Of a stretch of DNA of 64,000 nt, positions 61,125 through 64,000 are shown piece by piece (the first letter of the stretch is position 1; each line of letters begins with the position of its first letter). The DNA lies in contig NW_027139581.1 of assembly GCF_035084215.1 (NCBI RefSeq), positions 3,534,001 to 3,598,000 on the forward strand, written 5' to 3'. The notes beneath the pieces are model-generated. The model worked only from the letters and a program-made list of their open reading frames with translations. It was not told the origin of the DNA and did not search any database. The translations under genes were made by a program, and so were the position numbers. Origin of the DNA: Heptranchias perlo (lineage: Eukaryota).

Positions 61125-61360
61125 GAGACAGGAAGTCTGTTCAGGTTGAAAACATAAAGCTGCTGCCTTTGATTTCATTCTGAGTCAACACACTTCCTGT
61201 TTTTCTGCTGCCTGCTCGAAACCACACATCTCACTTCTGAGCAAAAAATAAATACAGGAGCCATAATCTGATGGCAACATCTTACAGCGCGGTCTAAATA
61301 TGGCCGCAGGGTCGGTGCAGAAGGACAGAGATAAGCATTGCGGTGATATTTGCAAATGAG
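61125..61360. promoter_or_regulatory. Candidate lymphoid enhancer
   Basis: ETS 61128-36 and 61192-200, TCF/LEF CCTTTGAT 61166-73, AICE TTTCattcTGAGTCA 61173-87, RUNX 61220-26 and 61339-44, GATA 61329-34, ATTTGCAAAT 61348-57. Confidence 0.5.
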
Positions 61361-61949
61361 CCATTCTCTGTTCGAGTCTCCATTGAGGACATGACTGGCG
61401 GTATCTTTGGAAACAGTCACTCAGCTTCCTCTGGTATCTGAAGCAGTGACCTGATGGTTCGCTGCCTTTCATTTCATGTCTTTCTCTCTATTACTTATTT
61501 CTCTATTCCTCAGCTTTTTTCCCTCTCGCTCCCTCCTGACTCTTTCTATTTTTAAGTCCCTTTCTCCCTCTTTTTCTCTTTCTTAGTTTTTCCTTCTCTG
61601 TTTGTCCCTCGTTCTCCCTGTATTTCTCTCCATCTCAGTGTATCGATTCCTTTGTCTCCCGAACTGTTTCTCTCTGTATTTATATCTCGCCTTGTCCCAT
61701 CACCATTTCTGTGTCTACCACTGTCTTTCATTATTTCACTCTCTCTCTGTTTCTGTCACTATTTCATTCTTTCTTTCTTGTATCTTTTTGCCTCTGTCGT
61801 ATTTTTTTCTATCCTTCTCTCCCTAACGCTCTCAGTATCTCTCTGTCCTTGTTGCTGTATAATAAACTGAGGCCCGTCTGCCCTCTCAAGTGGACATAAA
61901 GATTTCCGCGGCATATTTAGGGAGGTTCTCTCGCTGTCCTTTCCAACAG

Positions 61950-62152
61950 ATACAAAAAGTAATCACAAAGGTTATTGGAAAGTTGGCTTTTATCTCAAGG
62001 GGACTGGAATTCAAGGGGGTGGAAGTTATGTTCCAGCTGTACAGAGCTCAGGTTATACCCCATCGGTGGTACTGCATTCAGATCTGGGCACTGCAACTCA
62101 GGAAGGATATATTGGCCTTGGAGCGGGTGCAGCGCAGATTCACCAGAATGAT
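61950..62152 (+). mobile_element. CR1 fragment
   Basis: LAFISRGLEFKGVEVMFQLYRA..LERVQRRFTRM. Confidence 0.8.
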
Positions 62153-62579
62153 ACTTTTTCCCATTCCTGGGATGTGGGCATTTATTGCCCATCGCCAGTG
62201 GGTGCGGGGCGGGGGGTCTTCTTCTTGAACCGCTGCAGTCCTATTCGTTCTTGCTGTCTGATACAACTAAGTGGCTCGCTCGGCACTTGACAAGGCAGTT
62301 AAGAGTCCACCAGGTTGCTGTGGGATTGGAGTTGCATTTGGCCAGACCGGTAAAGGGCGGCAGATTCCCTTCCCTAAAGGCCTTTAGGGAACCAGTTGGG
62401 TTTTTACAACAATCCGATAGCTTCATGGTTACTTTTACTGAGATCAGATTTTCATTTAGTGTTTAAACAACTGAATTCAAATTCTCAATCTTTCATATTT
62501 GAACTCATGTTCTCTGAATTAATCGTCCAGCCCTCTGTATTACCAGTACAGGAACATAATCACCACACTACCGTGCCCC

Positions 62580-63320
62580 TAATTATTACACTGCACCCTC
62601 TTTCTGCTGTTGTAACGCAACCATGCCTTCATTATTGTTGTTATTTTTATTATTTTTATTACTATTATTCGAATAGATTCTGTCTCTCCTTCATTACACT
62701 GGACCCTGGCCTCTGTTATTACTATGATATCAAAACCCTCTGCCCTTGTATTTCAGTGGTTCTTTGTTGTTGTAACAGTAAACCCTCCCTCTGCTCTTAT
62801 TGCACTAGACCCTGTTCTGTTTTGTTACACTAGACCCTGGGGTAGATTTTAGTTGTCATGGCCTGGAACTAAAGTCAGGCGGGTTCTCCAAAGGCCGTGC
62901 GATCCATTCAGCAGATTAGCTCCCAGGTAGTGATGACGGAAGTCTTCCCCAATCTCTGCTATCGTTACACTAAACATCCTGTCTGTTAAACCAGAGGATG
63001 AGTTTGTGAATTTTATCGGAGAACAATGCATCTGTTATTGTTACTGTCGACAATTCTTACACCAGACCTCCCTTTGTTGTGGTTACACTAAAAACCCTGG
63101 GAGTAATTTTCACCTTCATCGCCTGGATAGTAATTCATTTCCTGTGAACAAACACCATAATCTGTTTAATCTCTGTTCATATTACACTAAGCTCTGCCTC
63201 AATTATTAATGCACTAGACCATGTCTCTGTTTATACTGCACCAGGCCCTGCCTCAGATATTACTGCACTCGACCCGGTGTCTTTTTATATTACACTGCAC
63301 CCTGTCTCAGTTATTACTGC
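62580..63320. repeat. Degenerate ~24-27-bp minisatellite
   Basis: Recurrent TATTACACTAGACCCTG(C)CTCTGT variants. Confidence 0.6.
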
Positions 63321-63324
63321 CCAA

Positions 63325-64000
63325 CCATCTTCAGCAGCTTCATCAATGACCTTCACTCCATCGCAAGGTCAGAAATGAGAATATTCGCTGATGATTGCAC
63401 AGTGTTCAGTTCCATTCGCAACTCCTCAGGGAATGAAGCACTCCTTTCCCGCATGCAGCAAGACCTGGACAACATCCAGGCTTGGGCTGATCACTGGCAA
63501 TTAGCATTCGCGCCAGACAAGTGTCAGGCAATGACCATCTTCAACAAGAGAGAGTCTAACCGCCTCCACTTGACATTCAACGACATTACCATTCGGTGGC
63601 CGAATCCCCCACCATCAACATCCTGGGGGTCACCATTGACCAGAAACTTAACTGGACCAGCCGCATAAATACTGTGGCTACAAGAGCAGGTCAGAGGCTG
63701 GGTATTCTGCGGCGAGTGACTCATCTCCTGACTCCCCAAAGCCTTTCCACTATCTGCAAGGCACAAGTCAGGAGTATGATGGAATACTCTCCACTTGCCT
63801 GTATGAGTGCAGCTCCAACAACACTTAAGAAGATCGACACCATCAAGGACAAAGCAGCCCGCTTGATTGGCACCTCATCCACCTCCCTAAACATTCACTC
63901 CCTTCACCACCGGCGCACAGTGGCTGCAGTGTGTACCATCTACAGGATGCACTGCAGCAACTCGCCAAGGCTTCTTCGACAGCTCCTCCCAAACCCGCGA
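63325..64000 (+). mobile_element. CR1-clade LINE (family of 2085-3014), runs off the window
   Basis: IFADDCTVFSSIRN; near-collinear with 2085-2720. Confidence 0.88.

Overview
Eukaryotic DNA from a cartilaginous fish, almost certainly a shark. The centrepiece is one complete, unrearranged immunoglobulin heavy-chain mini-locus on the minus strand (about 27.1-48.2 kb): leader - VH - D1 - D2 - JH - CH1 - CH2 - CH3 - CH4/secretory tail - TM1 - TM2. Every splice site is intact and in phase. The recombination signals follow the elasmobranch pattern V-23 / 12-D1-22 / 12-D2-12 / 23-J. The constant region is IgM (mu), but the leader and V exon look IgW-type, suggesting a germline IgW-V/IgM-C chimeric cluster. 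A dense lymphoid transcription-factor motif cluster (perfect AICE, two ETS, two RUNX, TCF/LEF, GATA, octamer-like) lies about 13 kb upstream. The window also holds an intact two-exon GPR139-like GPCR gene, a C2H2 zinc-finger pseudogene, one intact tRNA-Leu(UAA) with decayed tRNA-Asp copies, and a dead two-gene PIF/Harbinger transposon containing four internal minisatellites. The rest is several satellites and abundant CR1/L2 LINE, SINE, MITE and Penelope-like fragments. All family assignments come from recalled motif knowledge, not database searches, and repeat boundaries are approximate.
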